Positions 40,843 through 51,364 of a stretch of 64,000 nucleotides of DNA are shown piece by piece (positions within the stretch are counted from its first letter, which is position 1; each line of letters begins with the position of its first letter). The position numbers and the translations under genes were made by a program. The notes beneath the pieces are model-generated. The model was given only the letters and a program-made list of their open reading frames with translations. It made no database searches and was not told where the DNA came from. This DNA is from Candidatus Heimdallarchaeota archaeon (GTDB taxonomy: Archaea > Asgardarchaeota > Heimdallarchaeia > Hodarchaeales > Hodarchaeaceae): NCBI GenBank assembly GCA_011364965.1, contig RDOB01000002.1, forward strand, positions 96,001 through 160,000, written 5' to 3'.

Positions 40843-41652
40843 TCAAGGTTCCACCAAAGGAATCAATTTTTCTTCAAATCGTTGTGAATCAATTTGGAGG
40901 GGTTTTATAGAAAATTCAATACATTTCTTCTTATACTTAAAAATAACATATTTATCTAATACATTTAACATACGTATCTTTCTCAAAATAGGACTAAAAA
41001 TGTTGAAGGAAAGCTGTTGATTATCAGAAACTTGTTTTGCTTGGGTATATAAGATGGTTAAAAGGTCTCTATGTAACTGGAAAAATCGTGGAAAATCTCT
41101 AGAAAACTGATTTAAAACCAGTTTCGGATCTTTGTTCGTAGAATTATGAATTGCTGATACGAAACGTTGTTTGAAGGGATTATAAACATTTTCATCAAAG
41201 GTGGTTATCGTAGTAGTTATTGTATCCTCTAAAGACATAGTTAATCGGTAGAATTGCTCATATATATCTCTGGGAAGGTATTTTAACTCATAAAATAGTG
41301 CTTCGTAACCCTCAATCGTAAATGGAAGTAAATCTTTGAAGTAAAAGTCCATTAACAATCTTTGAGATTGAAATTTCTGTTCAGAAGTAAGAAAACATAG
41401 CTCTACGATACCTTCACAAATATTGTGTAACACTTGTTCTGTATCAAATTCAGAAGAAGAAGGAAGGTTGTTAATTTGGCCAGAGGATTCAAAAGGGCTG
41501 AATTGAAGAAAATTAGTTTTCGATTTTCCCAGTGTATATTGAATACTATTTTTAGAAATTTCAAATTGGCCTTTTTTAGCAACTACAACACGCTTCTTCC
41601 CACTAATGGATATTGGAGGGCACATCAAAAAGGAATTGAAATTCTGAGCCAA
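40843..41652 (-). CDS. Hypothetical protein
   Basis: 269-aa ORF with TTG start after an AGGT RBS; no motif recognised. Confidence 0.6.
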   Translation of the reverse strand: MAQNFNSFLMCPPISISGKKRVVVAKKGQFEISKNSIQYTLGKSKTNFLQFSPFESSGQINNLPSSSEFDTEQVLHNICEGIVELCFLTSEQKFQSQRLLMDFYFKDLLPFTIEGYEALFYELKYLPRDIYEQFYRLTMSLEDTITTTITTFDENVYNPFKQRFVSAIHNSTNKDPKLVLNQFSRDFPRFFQLHRDLLTILYTQAKQVSDNQQLSFNIFSPILRKIRMLNVLDKYVIFKYKKKCIEFSIKPLQIDSQRFEEKLIPLVEP

Positions 41653-42095
41653 TTTAGATACCTACTGCAATACCAGACAGAATTCTACTAAATAGCTCAA
41701 ATGCTCAGTTTGAGATTATAAAATATTCGAAAAAGAAAATATTACCCTTAATTATGCGCTCATTTCGGGGATTAACCCAAAAGGCCTCAAATTCAACATC
41801 AATCGTTGGTTAAACCTGTAATTCGTTCAAGAAATATTTAATTGTCATTTTTGAGGTCTATTTCAACTAAATTCGCCTATTTTCGCGTAGTTCCATTTCT
41901 TATCCCAATTTTCACATTATGGGTTTGTTTGGATTCTCAATGCAATCTTTCAAAAGTATTAATTCCAGAGTTACAGATAATCTGACTCTTTTCTTCTCTA
42001 ATCTAAAACCTGTATAAAAAAGGAAATTTTAATGAAGGGATTGTTTCTTATCTTAATCACCAAAATTGAATGTAAATCACTAAACAACGGATGAA

Positions 42096-43931
42096 TTGAC
42101 CACAATGAAAGATTTCCCTGAATCTATTAGGTTAACATTAAGTTCATTACCTCAAAAGCCAGGGGTTTATCTAATGATAAACGATCAGGGAAAAGTCATA
42201 TATATTGGAGCAGCTTCGAACCTCAAAAATCGTGTTTCCTCTTATTTTCGCAAAGATATACCAGATCCAAAGACTAGGAAATTAGTTACAAAAATCTCAA
42301 CTCTAGATTATGAGATTCATGAGTCAGAAGAAAGTGCTTTTCTCCGCGAGAGAGATCTAATTAGAATTCATAATCCCCGATTTAATTTAGATTGGAAAGA
42401 TGACAAAGAATATCCGATGATTAGAATCACGAAAGTGTCTGATTCTGAGAAATTTTCTCGATTATTCATTGTCCGTAGTATTGATAACCCTAATGATTGG
42501 CATTTTGGAAGAAAAACTGATGTGAAAGCGCTCCGATCTTCAGTGAGATCTTTAAGGAAAATATTTCCTATTGCAAATAAAAATTATTGCTTTCGTACGA
42601 AAAAACCTTGTTTAGATTATTCAATTCAGCGATGCTCTGCCCCTTGTGTAGGGAAAATCACTTCGAAGGAATATCAAGGCATTGTTACTCAATTAGTACT
42701 CTTTCTTCAGGGTAAACGTCATGATTTAATTTCCTCACTATATAATGAAATGAATTCTGCAAGTGAAGATCTTAACTACGAATATGCAGCGAAGATTAGA
42801 GACAGGATTACACAAATAGAGAAATCCATTGATTCCCAGAAAGGGTTTCCCGAACCACGCGATCAGGACGCTTTAATTCTATTAAATGACAATAATCATT
42901 ATATGATTATTATATTTTGGTTAAAAAATGGAGTTGTTATTAATTTTGAGGAAAGATACCTTGGTATTCTAGAAGCTCTTCCTGATTCTGAAATAATGAA
43001 TTCATTTATTAATCAATATTACATGGTTTCTGATTTCATACCTAATTTAATAGAAATATCAACAAATCTCCTAGAAGAGATCGAGATTCTCGAAATTTGG
43101 TTGTCTAAGAAGCAGGGAAGGACTGTAAAAATAATATCGAATCCAAATATAATTTCCAACTCTATTTTCAAACATAATATCCTTCGTTCACATTTTCATT
43201 TGGGAGAGAAATTTCGGAATGAAGTACGGAAGAATGAATTTCAGGAAAAAGCACTTATTGAATTAAAGGAATATCTTGGATTAGTAAATATCCCTAGAAA
43301 AATAGAAACATTTGATATCTCAAATATTCAGGGTTCATTACCAGTTGGATCAATGGTTGTATTTCGAGATGGAAAACCAGCTAAAAGGGAGTACCGTAAG
43401 TTTAAAATAAAATCTGTCTCACCTGAACCAAATGATGTTGCTATGCTACAAGAGGTTCTTCTTCGTCGATTAACTCATAAAGATGAAGCTTTTTCTGAAT
43501 CCGAACCCGATTTAATTGTGTTAGATGGAGGTAAACCTCAAGTAAATGCTATAAAAAAGATATTAGATAAGTTAGAAAAAGATATTCCTGTTATTGGACT
43601 AGCAAAAAGAGAAGAAGAGGTTTATTCACCTCATAAAAGCAAATCTATACCAATCCCAAAGAATAGTTTTGGTCTACAGTTACTGAAGCAGACACGGGAC
43701 GAAGCCCATAGATTTGCAATAACATATCATAAGAAACGTAGGATTTTGACATCAAAATCAGCTCTGGATCAAATTCCTGGAGTAGGGGTAAAAAGGAGAA
43801 ATGCTTTGCTATCCTTTTTTGGAGATATTTCCTCAATTAAAGCAGCAACCGTTGATGAACTTTGTGAAATCGAAGGAATTAGTAGGAATTTAGCAGAAAA
43901 GATCTTTTTATTCTTTAAATCAAAAAACTAG
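42096..43931 (+). CDS. uvrC: Excinuclease ABC subunit C
   Basis: GIY-YIG (PGVYLM..IYIG), Cys cluster, UVR domain, RNase H-like FDISN/DGGKPQ/RDEAHRFA and C-terminal HhH IPGVG. Confidence 0.96.
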   Translation: MTTMKDFPESIRLTLSSLPQKPGVYLMINDQGKVIYIGAASNLKNRVSSYFRKDIPDPKTRKLVTKISTLDYEIHESEESAFLRERDLIRIHNPRFNLDWKDDKEYPMIRITKVSDSEKFSRLFIVRSIDNPNDWHFGRKTDVKALRSSVRSLRKIFPIANKNYCFRTKKPCLDYSIQRCSAPCVGKITSKEYQGIVTQLVLFLQGKRHDLISSLYNEMNSASEDLNYEYAAKIRDRITQIEKSIDSQKGFPEPRDQDALILLNDNNHYMIIIFWLKNGVVINFEERYLGILEALPDSEIMNSFINQYYMVSDFIPNLIEISTNLLEEIEILEIWLSKKQGRTVKIISNPNIISNSIFKHNILRSHFHLGEKFRNEVRKNEFQEKALIELKEYLGLVNIPRKIETFDISNIQGSLPVGSMVVFRDGKPAKREYRKFKIKSVSPEPNDVAMLQEVLLRRLTHKDEAFSESEPDLIVLDGGKPQVNAIKKILDKLEKDIPVIGLAKREEEVYSPHKSKSIPIPKNSFGLQLLKQTRDEAHRFAITYHKKRRILTSKSALDQIPGVGVKRRNALLSFFGDISSIKAATVDELCEIEGISRNLAEKIFLFFKSKN

Positions 43932-43947
43932 TTTAGTTTGACCAAAT

Positions 43948-46494
43948 TTATTCCTCTTTGGAGGAAATCACACGAAACTTTGCATTTATTTGCGATATTG
44001 TTTCTTTTATTGTTGTTTCAATTAAATGGTTTGGTATATCTTCTTTTGAAGTGATATAAAGATTTATTGTGAGTGAAACATTCAGATTTTCAACTAATAG
44101 AGGATTAATGATACCTTTTACAAATTCATTTAAATGACCAGCATTTAATTCTGTAATTTCAAGATTGAGAAGTTTTGGTATTTTTTTGTCTTGTTTCTGA
44201 TCCCTTACAGACTCTGATTCTGACGGACTAAATGCACGATTAAGAATAAGTCCTTTACCTATGGACTTCAATTTAAAATCACCTCCAAATTTCTTGATAT
44301 ATCCCTTCTCAGTGTCATAAATCGAAAATATTCCTCTAGAAATTCCCTCTATTATGGATAATTCAAAAATCTCAATTGATTTGACTTTTACTAACTCAAC
44401 GTTTAAATAAAACAATTCAACTAAATCCAATATTCTCATTCCCTTCTCAGGTAAAAGATCAAGAAGAATATTCGGATCAATTTTATCAGTAATTACGTCT
44501 CGTCTCATTAGCTCGTTCAAATACCATTTAGTCAATTTCTCCTCTGTCGAATTTGCGGCCTGTAGATAGAGAATTTGGCTTCCATCGTAAACAATTGAAT
44601 AGATTTTTTTGACATAGTGAATTATCAACGGAAAAAGTTTATCTAGTCGTCGTTCAATGACATCCTTATAATTTACTGAATTAGAATCCGCTTTAAGTCT
44701 TTTTAATGCAAGATTTGTCAGTAAAAGATCCTTTAAGCGATCTAAATGTAATTCATCAGCATATATATAGATGATTGCATTTTTATATATCCTAAATCCT
44801 TCACCTTTCTTTTCTAACCATTCTTTTCTTGCTTCTATTTTAAAAATAGGATCCATGATAACTATTCTTAGTTCCATTTCATCAGGTATTTCTTTATTAT
44901 CTTTTGGCCACACAATTGTTTTTACTTCATTTCCAAGTGAGAGCATAATCTGTTTTCGGAATTCCTCATCTATAAAACGAACACATTCGATTTTAATGTC
45001 ATGGATTAAACCATTAATATTCTGCTTTTTTCTAAAAAGATATCGACCGAAATTATGATGAAGGAAGTGGAGAGAGTCAGCTAGTATTTCCACAATATCC
45101 TGTATAAATAAGCTTCCTGACGTATCCCTTAGCATTGCAATTTTTAATTCTGGTAAGGAAATCCCTCGGTTAACATTAGCTTTAGAGAAGGAAGATAAAT
45201 AAATAACTTGAGCAATTTTCCTAGCAGATTGCAATAAATTCTGGTTCTTTATTGCATTGAGATGAGAGGTAGGATTTAATATCTCAGAATTTAAAATTGT
45301 GTCATATTCTGAAGAAAAATGTTTTGTAAATTCATTTCTTAAATTACTAGAATCCAAAGAAATATCAGAGAGCAATATATAGTCAATTTCCATATTTGAA
45401 TTCCAGAGATTTGTTAATATCAAGGCTAAAATTCTTAGGATTCCTCGTGTGCCCTGAAAACTATGCAAAGTAGTCCAATTCTTAGTTAGAAGGTTTATAA
45501 TTTCTGGTTGAAATGGATAAGACACATCCATTAATTTTTTATAGTCAGCAAAATTTGACATACTTGGAATTTCCTTTTGAATGTCATTATGAATTTTGAA
45601 ATAATGTGAAATTATCCAAGTTTTTGCTCTATGATCTACGACCTTTTTCACAAGACGTTTTGAAACTATCCCATAAATTTCATCTGGACGAATTGGGATT
45701 TCAATTGATTCCAATCTTCCCAAAATTTGATTTAATTTAGCTATTGTACTCTCCTGTTGATCATTAAATTCTTCCTGCTGTTGTACGGGAGTTGTGAGTA
45801 CCAATAAAGTATGAGGGATGGAATATAGTGTCTCTGTAAGTTCTTGTAGAAATATGAGGCTTTGTGAACCCAAATTTGATTTATAAATTTCAACACCATA
45901 TGTTTTAGATAAATAATTAACAATTTCATCAAGAAGGATAATACATGGTCCAATTCCTTGAAAAAGAGACAATATCTTCCCCTTTCCTGGAGATATACCT
46001 CTAGAATCATTTTCTTTTATTATGTCGAATTTATTAGTTCCTCCCAATTGTTGAGCTATTTCTCCCCAAAGCGTTCTGATTGTCTCATCTGGAGTTTTAC
46101 GACCTTTTAGAGGATCTAGATAACTTCCACTTATGGCGATTAGCTTGATATTAGGAATAGTTTCAATAAAGGGTAATAAATTTCGAGAATCGTTACCAAT
46201 AGTAGCATAATGATAAATAGCAAGGAGGGAATGTGTTTTTCCTCCGCCAAAAGGGGATTGTAGTTTGATAATTGGAGGACCGATATCTTTTAAAATTTTT
46301 AAATGCACAGCTCGAAGAAGGTTTTTTAGGCCATTTGTCATATAAGTGTATGAAAAAAACAATTTTGCATCTTTATAATCTTCTATACTTCTATTCTCAA
46401 TTACATCTATTAAATCTGCTACAAAAAGTGTTTCGTTGATAATCCCCTCTTTAATCTTTGGATGGGGTTCAATAACATCTCTGAAAGATTTCAT
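43948..46494 (-). CDS. DUF499-family AAA+ ATPase
   Basis: Walker A SPFGGGKTHSL, TLWGEIAQQL, Walker B ILLDE, YPFQPE and FQGTRGILR. Confidence 0.85.
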   Translation of the reverse strand: MKSFRDVIEPHPKIKEGIINETLFVADLIDVIENRSIEDYKDAKLFFSYTYMTNGLKNLLRAVHLKILKDIGPPIIKLQSPFGGGKTHSLLAIYHYATIGNDSRNLLPFIETIPNIKLIAISGSYLDPLKGRKTPDETIRTLWGEIAQQLGGTNKFDIIKENDSRGISPGKGKILSLFQGIGPCIILLDEIVNYLSKTYGVEIYKSNLGSQSLIFLQELTETLYSIPHTLLVLTTPVQQQEEFNDQQESTIAKLNQILGRLESIEIPIRPDEIYGIVSKRLVKKVVDHRAKTWIISHYFKIHNDIQKEIPSMSNFADYKKLMDVSYPFQPEIINLLTKNWTTLHSFQGTRGILRILALILTNLWNSNMEIDYILLSDISLDSSNLRNEFTKHFSSEYDTILNSEILNPTSHLNAIKNQNLLQSARKIAQVIYLSSFSKANVNRGISLPELKIAMLRDTSGSLFIQDIVEILADSLHFLHHNFGRYLFRKKQNINGLIHDIKIECVRFIDEEFRKQIMLSLGNEVKTIVWPKDNKEIPDEMELRIVIMDPIFKIEARKEWLEKKGEGFRIYKNAIIYIYADELHLDRLKDLLLTNLALKRLKADSNSVNYKDVIERRLDKLFPLIIHYVKKIYSIVYDGSQILYLQAANSTEEKLTKWYLNELMRRDVITDKIDPNILLDLLPEKGMRILDLVELFYLNVELVKVKSIEIFELSIIEGISRGIFSIYDTEKGYIKKFGGDFKLKSIGKGLILNRAFSPSESESVRDQKQDKKIPKLLNLEITELNAGHLNEFVKGIINPLLVENLNVSLTINLYITSKEDIPNHLIETTIKETISQINAKFRVISSKEE

Positions 46495-46623
46495 CCTTTG
46501 TATATCCTGAAAATAGTAGAATAAATAGATAAATGTCTATTAATTTACATCCTTATTAGTGCATTTTGTACCCGTATAACCATATTTTTGAAGAGACAAT
46601 ATTAAAGGTTTACTGGGAACAAA

Positions 46624-46818
46624 ATGAAAGATTTAACCAAAAAAATGGTAAATAAGGGATCTAAGGAAGCATTAAATATTACAACTAGAGGTTTAACAGG
46701 TAGTATTGCAGATGTCGCGAAAGAATCAATTAAAGATGAAATACAAAGGAGTGGAGTATCAGATTCAGTTATAAAAAAGATATCAAAATCAATGAAAAAG
46801 TTAGTGAAAGATAAATAG
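46624..46818 (+). CDS. Small basic hypothetical protein
   Basis: 64-aa ATG ORF ending 11 bp before the cupin gene. Confidence 0.4.
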   Translation: MKDLTKKMVNKGSKEALNITTRGLTGSIADVAKESIKDEIQRSGVSDSVIKKISKSMKKLVKDK

Positions 46819-46829
46819 AAAGTAGACAG

Positions 46830-47189
46830 ATGGGAAAACAAATGAAATTAAAGAAGCTACACGATATTCCAGCTGAAGATGTTGCGATGTATGGCTCAAC
46901 TAAAACAAAAATCGAGTGGATTTGGGGAAAAGCTGATAATGTTCCTCACTTTGCGCTTCGTCGTTTCATTATAAAACCTGGTGGAGAAATTGGTTTACAC
47001 GCACATCCAGAGGAACACGAAATTTTCATTTTATCTGGAATGGGTCTTGTTTTTAATGATAAAGGACAAGAAATTGATGTTGCTACAGAAGACTCACTAT
47101 ATGTTCCGCCAGGAGAAGCTCATGGATATAAAAATTCAGGAGATTGTGATCTGATCTTTCTCTGTATAATCCCTCTATTAGCAAAATAG
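46830..47189 (+). CDS. Cupin-2 domain protein
   Basis: Motifs PGGEIGLHAHPEEHEIFILSG and VPPGEAHGYKN. Confidence 0.9.
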   Translation: MGKQMKLKKLHDIPAEDVAMYGSTKTKIEWIWGKADNVPHFALRRFIIKPGGEIGLHAHPEEHEIFILSGMGLVFNDKGQEIDVATEDSLYVPPGEAHGYKNSGDCDLIFLCIIPLLAK

Positions 47190-47218
47190 TAAACAATCAG
47201 TATTGGATCGAATCTAGA

Positions 47219-48580
47219 ATGCCACAAGAACCAAGAAGGGAGTGGCTTGCTCTCTATCATGAAGGTGATTCCCGATTACAAAATAAGCGTCATGGTATCT
47301 TCCGATTAAATAAAAAAAATTCAAGAATTGAATTCGCTGTACAGACAAGTGAATCTGATTCCTCCCCCGTAGTTGTCGTGAATTATCCCCTAAGATTGCT
47401 CAAATCAGTAGATATTGTTGAAAAGCGTCAAAGAATGAAAAAAAAGGAATACATCCAATTAACTATGGGAGAACCTCCAAATGAAATGTTTCCACTCTTT
47501 TCATTTAGTATTGATGATTTAGGTTCAATCAAAGCGGAAATTGAGCGATTCAAGTTGCAGAGTCAAGTTCAGGATATACAAAAAGAGGAGAAGGACGAAG
47601 GAGATGTCCTTGACATGTTTGCAAAGTTATTAATGACTCCAATTGAACAATTCCAACATTTAATAGAGGATATGACTTCACGTATAATCTCGATTACTAA
47701 AAAACCTACCAAAGTAACCCAAACATTTTTCTCGGGGTTAGAACCTAAATCGAGTTATCAAACACGGCAAATTAAACTTAAAGACCGAATCTTTACTTAT
47801 TTTGAATCTCCTAAGATATTTCCAAGAGTTCTCCTATTCCTTTCCCCTCTAGGAGGGAAAATTGAAGATTATTACTCATTGATTCCCTATCTCCAAGGTA
47901 GCTATCAGATAATGATTTTGGGGATTCGGGGTCATGTTCCCCCATTTGAACAAGATTTAGAATACAAATTAAAGGATTTTGTTCAAGATCTGCGAGATTT
48001 CATTGATTTTTTGGGACCTGATAGGCAGATTATATTAACTGCTCATTCTCTAATCTCTGCGGTAATACTTGATGAATTTTTAAAGGACAATTACAGCAAC
48101 ATTGAAAAAATCATATTATTATCAGGTATTCACCGTCCTCCTGACACATTTAAGAAGGGGATAAAAGCTCTCCCCCCGATTATTACATGGGGACCATTTA
48201 AAACTCATGTGAAAAAACTCGCTCCCAAAGTCTTATTTGATAAGAAAACAGATGATGATCTTAAAAAACCTTATATCAATCATGCTTTTGAAATTTCTGA
48301 TAAAGTATATTATGAGATCTTCAAAGATTTTCTTTCTAAATATGATTATTCAGATAATATCGCGATATTAAAAAAACCAATGCTTATAGTTTGGGGATTA
48401 AATGACCATATAATTACCACCGACCTTAAAAAAGAAATGAAAGATAATTTATTATCCTCAAATCTTTCGTTAAGGGAAATTCCAGGTGGACATATGCTTT
48501 TTTTAGATTCTCCTAGAGAATTAAGCAAGGAGATTAACGAATTCATTTTTGGAAAAAGGAGTTCAATTGAAATTGAATGA
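47219..48580 (+). CDS. Alpha/beta-hydrolase fold protein with extra N-terminal (PH-like?) domain
   Basis: IRGH, AHSL nucleophile elbow, PMLIVWGLND and GGH, preceded by a ~170-aa N-terminal extension. Confidence 0.75.
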   Translation: MPQEPRREWLALYHEGDSRLQNKRHGIFRLNKKNSRIEFAVQTSESDSSPVVVVNYPLRLLKSVDIVEKRQRMKKKEYIQLTMGEPPNEMFPLFSFSIDDLGSIKAEIERFKLQSQVQDIQKEEKDEGDVLDMFAKLLMTPIEQFQHLIEDMTSRIISITKKPTKVTQTFFSGLEPKSSYQTRQIKLKDRIFTYFESPKIFPRVLLFLSPLGGKIEDYYSLIPYLQGSYQIMILGIRGHVPPFEQDLEYKLKDFVQDLRDFIDFLGPDRQIILTAHSLISAVILDEFLKDNYSNIEKIILLSGIHRPPDTFKKGIKALPPIITWGPFKTHVKKLAPKVLFDKKTDDDLKKPYINHAFEISDKVYYEIFKDFLSKYDYSDNIAILKKPMLIVWGLNDHIITTDLKKEMKDNLLSSNLSLREIPGGHMLFLDSPRELSKEINEFIFGKRSSIEIE

Positions 48581-48896
48581 ACAAGAGAAAAGAAAATCTT
48601 TTAGTCTTAGATTTCAAGATAGAAATGCTTGGAATACATTCAAGGAAGATTTAAAAGTTATTTTTAGAAATCACCAGATAAAATTTCAGTATTCAGAACA
48701 AAGTCCGAAATTTTATATTCGATATAAAAGTAATTCAATCAATATAATCGTTACTTGGGAAGAAGATTCACTTCTTTTTCTTTTAGAATCTTTCAACTTT
48801 GAACCAGAAACCCTCAACACATGCATTGAGATATATGATCTCTTGATTCTTTTTTCAGGTGAAATTATTGATGGTACTGAACCATATAACTGGTAA
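48549..48896 (+). CDS. Hypothetical protein (likely start TTG 48573)
   Basis: ORF overlapping the hydrolase stop, with a GGAG RBS. Confidence 0.55.
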   Translation: MEKGVQLKLNEQEKRKSFSLRFQDRNAWNTFKEDLKVIFRNHQIKFQYSEQSPKFYIRYKSNSINIIVTWEEDSLLFLLESFNFEPETLNTCIEIYDLLILFSGEIIDGTEPYNW

Positions 48897-48901
48897 ATAA
48901 G

Positions 48902-49069
48902 TTATTCACCATAATCCCTTTCTAATTGCATAACAAATGCTTTTAAATGTGTATAGAATGGTTTCACTATTCCTTGTTCCCATTCTAAGGCAATTTTCCT
49001 GAAAATATTGCCATCGAGACGGATTTCAATACCAACACCTGTATCTCGAATTGAAATTCCTTTTTCCAT
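48902..49069 (-). CDS. Small hypothetical protein, 55 aa, absent from the ORF track
   Basis: Manual translation MEKGISIRDTGVGIEIRLDGNIFRKIALEWEQGIVKPFYTHLKAFVMQLERDYGE; it fills the gap and converges with the upstream ORF. Confidence 0.5.
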   Translation of the reverse strand: MEKGISIRDTGVGIEIRLDGNIFRKIALEWEQGIVKPFYTHLKAFVMQLERDYGE

Positions 49070-49177
49070 GATTTCCACTTCATGTGAAATGTAGATTATT
49101 GACTTGGGATGATTAAAGATTAAAAACTTTACATCAAAAGAAACATTTCATTTTGCTTTGCTTATTAACCTTGAGAA

Positions 49178-49203
49178 ACAAAAAAAAGGAAAAAAGAAAA
49201 AAG
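49178..49203 (-). terminator. Archaeal U-tract terminator after porB
   Basis: Successive T-runs on the minus strand immediately after the porB stop. Confidence 0.55.
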
Positions 49204-49210
49204 GAGTTGT

Positions 49211-50176
49211 TTAATATCCTGTTTTTTCTAACAACTCTTCCCAGCGTTTGTCGACTTCGGTTTGAAAAATGTTGATTAAGTCATCTCGACGAGTAGGTTT
49301 GAAGAAGTGTCTCCAGCGTCCTTCTAGTTTTAAATATTCCTCTAGTGGAAGTTTTTTAGAAGGATCTTTGGCAATTCGTTCACTAGGTCTGCTTAATTTA
49401 TATTCCCCCTCTATCACACTGTAGAGTGGATGAAGACATGTTTCAGTTGCCAACCTTACATATTCAATAGACTTTGCTGGATCGAATCGTTGTCCACGAT
49501 TGCAGGATGACTCTACGTGCAGAAATGCAGGTCCATCTACATCTAATCCTGCTCTTACTTTAGCAATCAAGTCTTCTGGATAAGCAGGGGAAGCTGTAGC
49601 CACAAATTTTATTCGGTGGGCAATAATTATTTCGGTGATTGGCTTCCTGAATTGTGTTTTACCTGGAATTACTGACCCAGCAGGAGAAGTGGTGGTAGAT
49701 GCGCCATAAGGTGTGCCACCAGATCGCTGTATACCTGTATTCATGTATGCTCCATTATCATACAATATGTAAAGAAGGTCGTGACCTCTTTCTAGAGCTC
49801 CTGAGAGTGCTTGAATTCCTATATCATAGGTACCCCCATCTCCACCAAAAACTACAATATCGGTCTTTCCATCTTTGTATATTCCTTTACGAGTCATAGC
49901 TTTGATTGCACCTTCAACTCCAGAAGCTACAGCAGAAGCATTCTCGAAAGCAACATGAAGCCATGGTACTTTCCAAGCAGAGAAAGGATAAATAGTACTA
50001 GCAACTTCTAAACACCCTGTTGCATTAAAAATCATCGTTGGTTTATTGAAGGCCATAGTGACCTGTCGAGCCATACTACCTGCAGCACAACCAGCACATA
50101 AGCGATGACCTCCAGCAAAATAAGTTGGTTTATCAACTACATCTTTTAATTTAATATTTGGCAATTCTGTACTCAT
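49211..50176 (-). CDS. porB: Pyruvate/2-oxoacid:ferredoxin oxidoreductase beta subunit
   Basis: Motifs GHRLCAGC, TGCLEV, TPP motif GGDGGTYDIG and YMNTGIQRS. Confidence 0.93.
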   Translation of the reverse strand: MSTELPNIKLKDVVDKPTYFAGGHRLCAGCAAGSMARQVTMAFNKPTMIFNATGCLEVASTIYPFSAWKVPWLHVAFENASAVASGVEGAIKAMTRKGIYKDGKTDIVVFGGDGGTYDIGIQALSGALERGHDLLYILYDNGAYMNTGIQRSGGTPYGASTTTSPAGSVIPGKTQFRKPITEIIIAHRIKFVATASPAYPEDLIAKVRAGLDVDGPAFLHVESSCNRGQRFDPAKSIEYVRLATETCLHPLYSVIEGEYKLSRPSERIAKDPSKKLPLEEYLKLEGRWRHFFKPTRRDDLINIFQTEVDKRWEELLEKTGY

Positions 50177-50188
50177 TACTATTCCTCC

Positions 50189-51364
50189 TTATTCTCGCAA
50201 GCCCCACCAGTATATAGGTAAGTTTTTACCTTCGTTAAAAGCGTCTTTTGCCCTGTAATACATATTATGATAGTCCTTAATGAGAGTATCACGACCACCG
50301 AGACCTATTGTATATTCTGCTACATTGGGTGATAATCCAGTATTGAATAATGCGGATTTAATATCCGTACTAAAAATTCCGCCAGGACCACCGAATGAAT
50401 GTGCCCGTTCAATAGTAATTATTCCTTTAAGATTTGTACATAATTTAGTAATTTCATCACCGAAAAAAGGCCTATATACTCGGATTTTAATTAATCCTAC
50501 CTTTTCACCTTTCGCTCGTAGTTCATCGACAGTAGTTCGTGCATTTCCAGCTGATGATCCCATAGTAATGAAAGCATATTCCGCATCATCCATCATATAG
50601 GATTCTACTGGTTTATACTTCCTACCAGTCAATTTTTCCCATTCATTAAAAACTTCGACTATAATTTGTCTTGAACGTTCTTGTGCATCTCTTATTTGGG
50701 CTCTTGCTTCCATATAATAATCTTGTAAATGAAGCAAACCGATAGAAATAGGATCTTTAGTATCAAGTTTCAATTCGGCCGTTCTTTCTCCACCAATGAA
50801 CTTTAATGCTTCTTCACGGGAAACTGCTTCTATTCCCTCAATAGCATGGGAAAGAATGAATCCATCGAGTCCAATTGCTACTGGGAGTAAAACATCTGGA
50901 TGTTCGCCAATCTTGAAAGCCATAATAGTTTGATCGTGTGCTTCTTGGTTATCTTCTGAGAAAAGACTTATCCATCCCGAATCTCGGAACAGCATTTGAT
51001 CTGTCATTTCCCCATGAATATTAATTGGGCCGCTAATAGCACGATTTGCTATCGCCATGACAATAGGTGTTCTTGAAGAAGCTGCTATAAAGATAATTTC
51101 ATACATGAGCATAAGTCCAGCACTAGCACTGCTAGTAAACACACGAGCTCCAGCTGAGCTGGCGCCAACACATGCGGACATCGCACTGTGCTCAGATTCT
51201 ACTGTAATGAATTCAGTATCCACTTCGCCATCAGCAACAAAATCAGCAAATCGTTCGACAATAATTGTTTGGGGAGTGATAGGATAAGCCGCAACTACAT
51301 CTGGGTTGACTGCTTTGGCAGCTAATGCAACTGCGTCGTCTCCTGTAACTGCAATTCTAGCCAT
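50189..51364 (-). CDS. porA: Pyruvate/2-oxoacid:ferredoxin oxidoreductase alpha subunit
   Basis: Motifs AAYPITPQT, VESEHSAMS, NRAISGPINIH and GLGGRD. Confidence 0.93.
   Translation of the reverse strand: MARIAVTGDDAVALAAKAVNPDVVAAYPITPQTIIVERFADFVADGEVDTEFITVESEHSAMSACVGASSAGARVFTSSASAGLMLMYEIIFIAASSRTPIVMAIANRAISGPINIHGEMTDQMLFRDSGWISLFSEDNQEAHDQTIMAFKIGEHPDVLLPVAIGLDGFILSHAIEGIEAVSREEALKFIGGERTAELKLDTKDPISIGLLHLQDYYMEARAQIRDAQERSRQIIVEVFNEWEKLTGRKYKPVESYMMDDAEYAFITMGSSAGNARTTVDELRAKGEKVGLIKIRVYRPFFGDEITKLCTNLKGIITIERAHSFGGPGGIFSTDIKSALFNTGLSPNVAEYTIGLGGRDTLIKDYHNMYYRAKDAFNEGKNLPIYWWGLRE

Noticed and set aside
46602-46841. 79-aa minus-strand ORF
   Set aside because: It is antisense to the more plausible plus-strand ORF and overlaps the cupin start.
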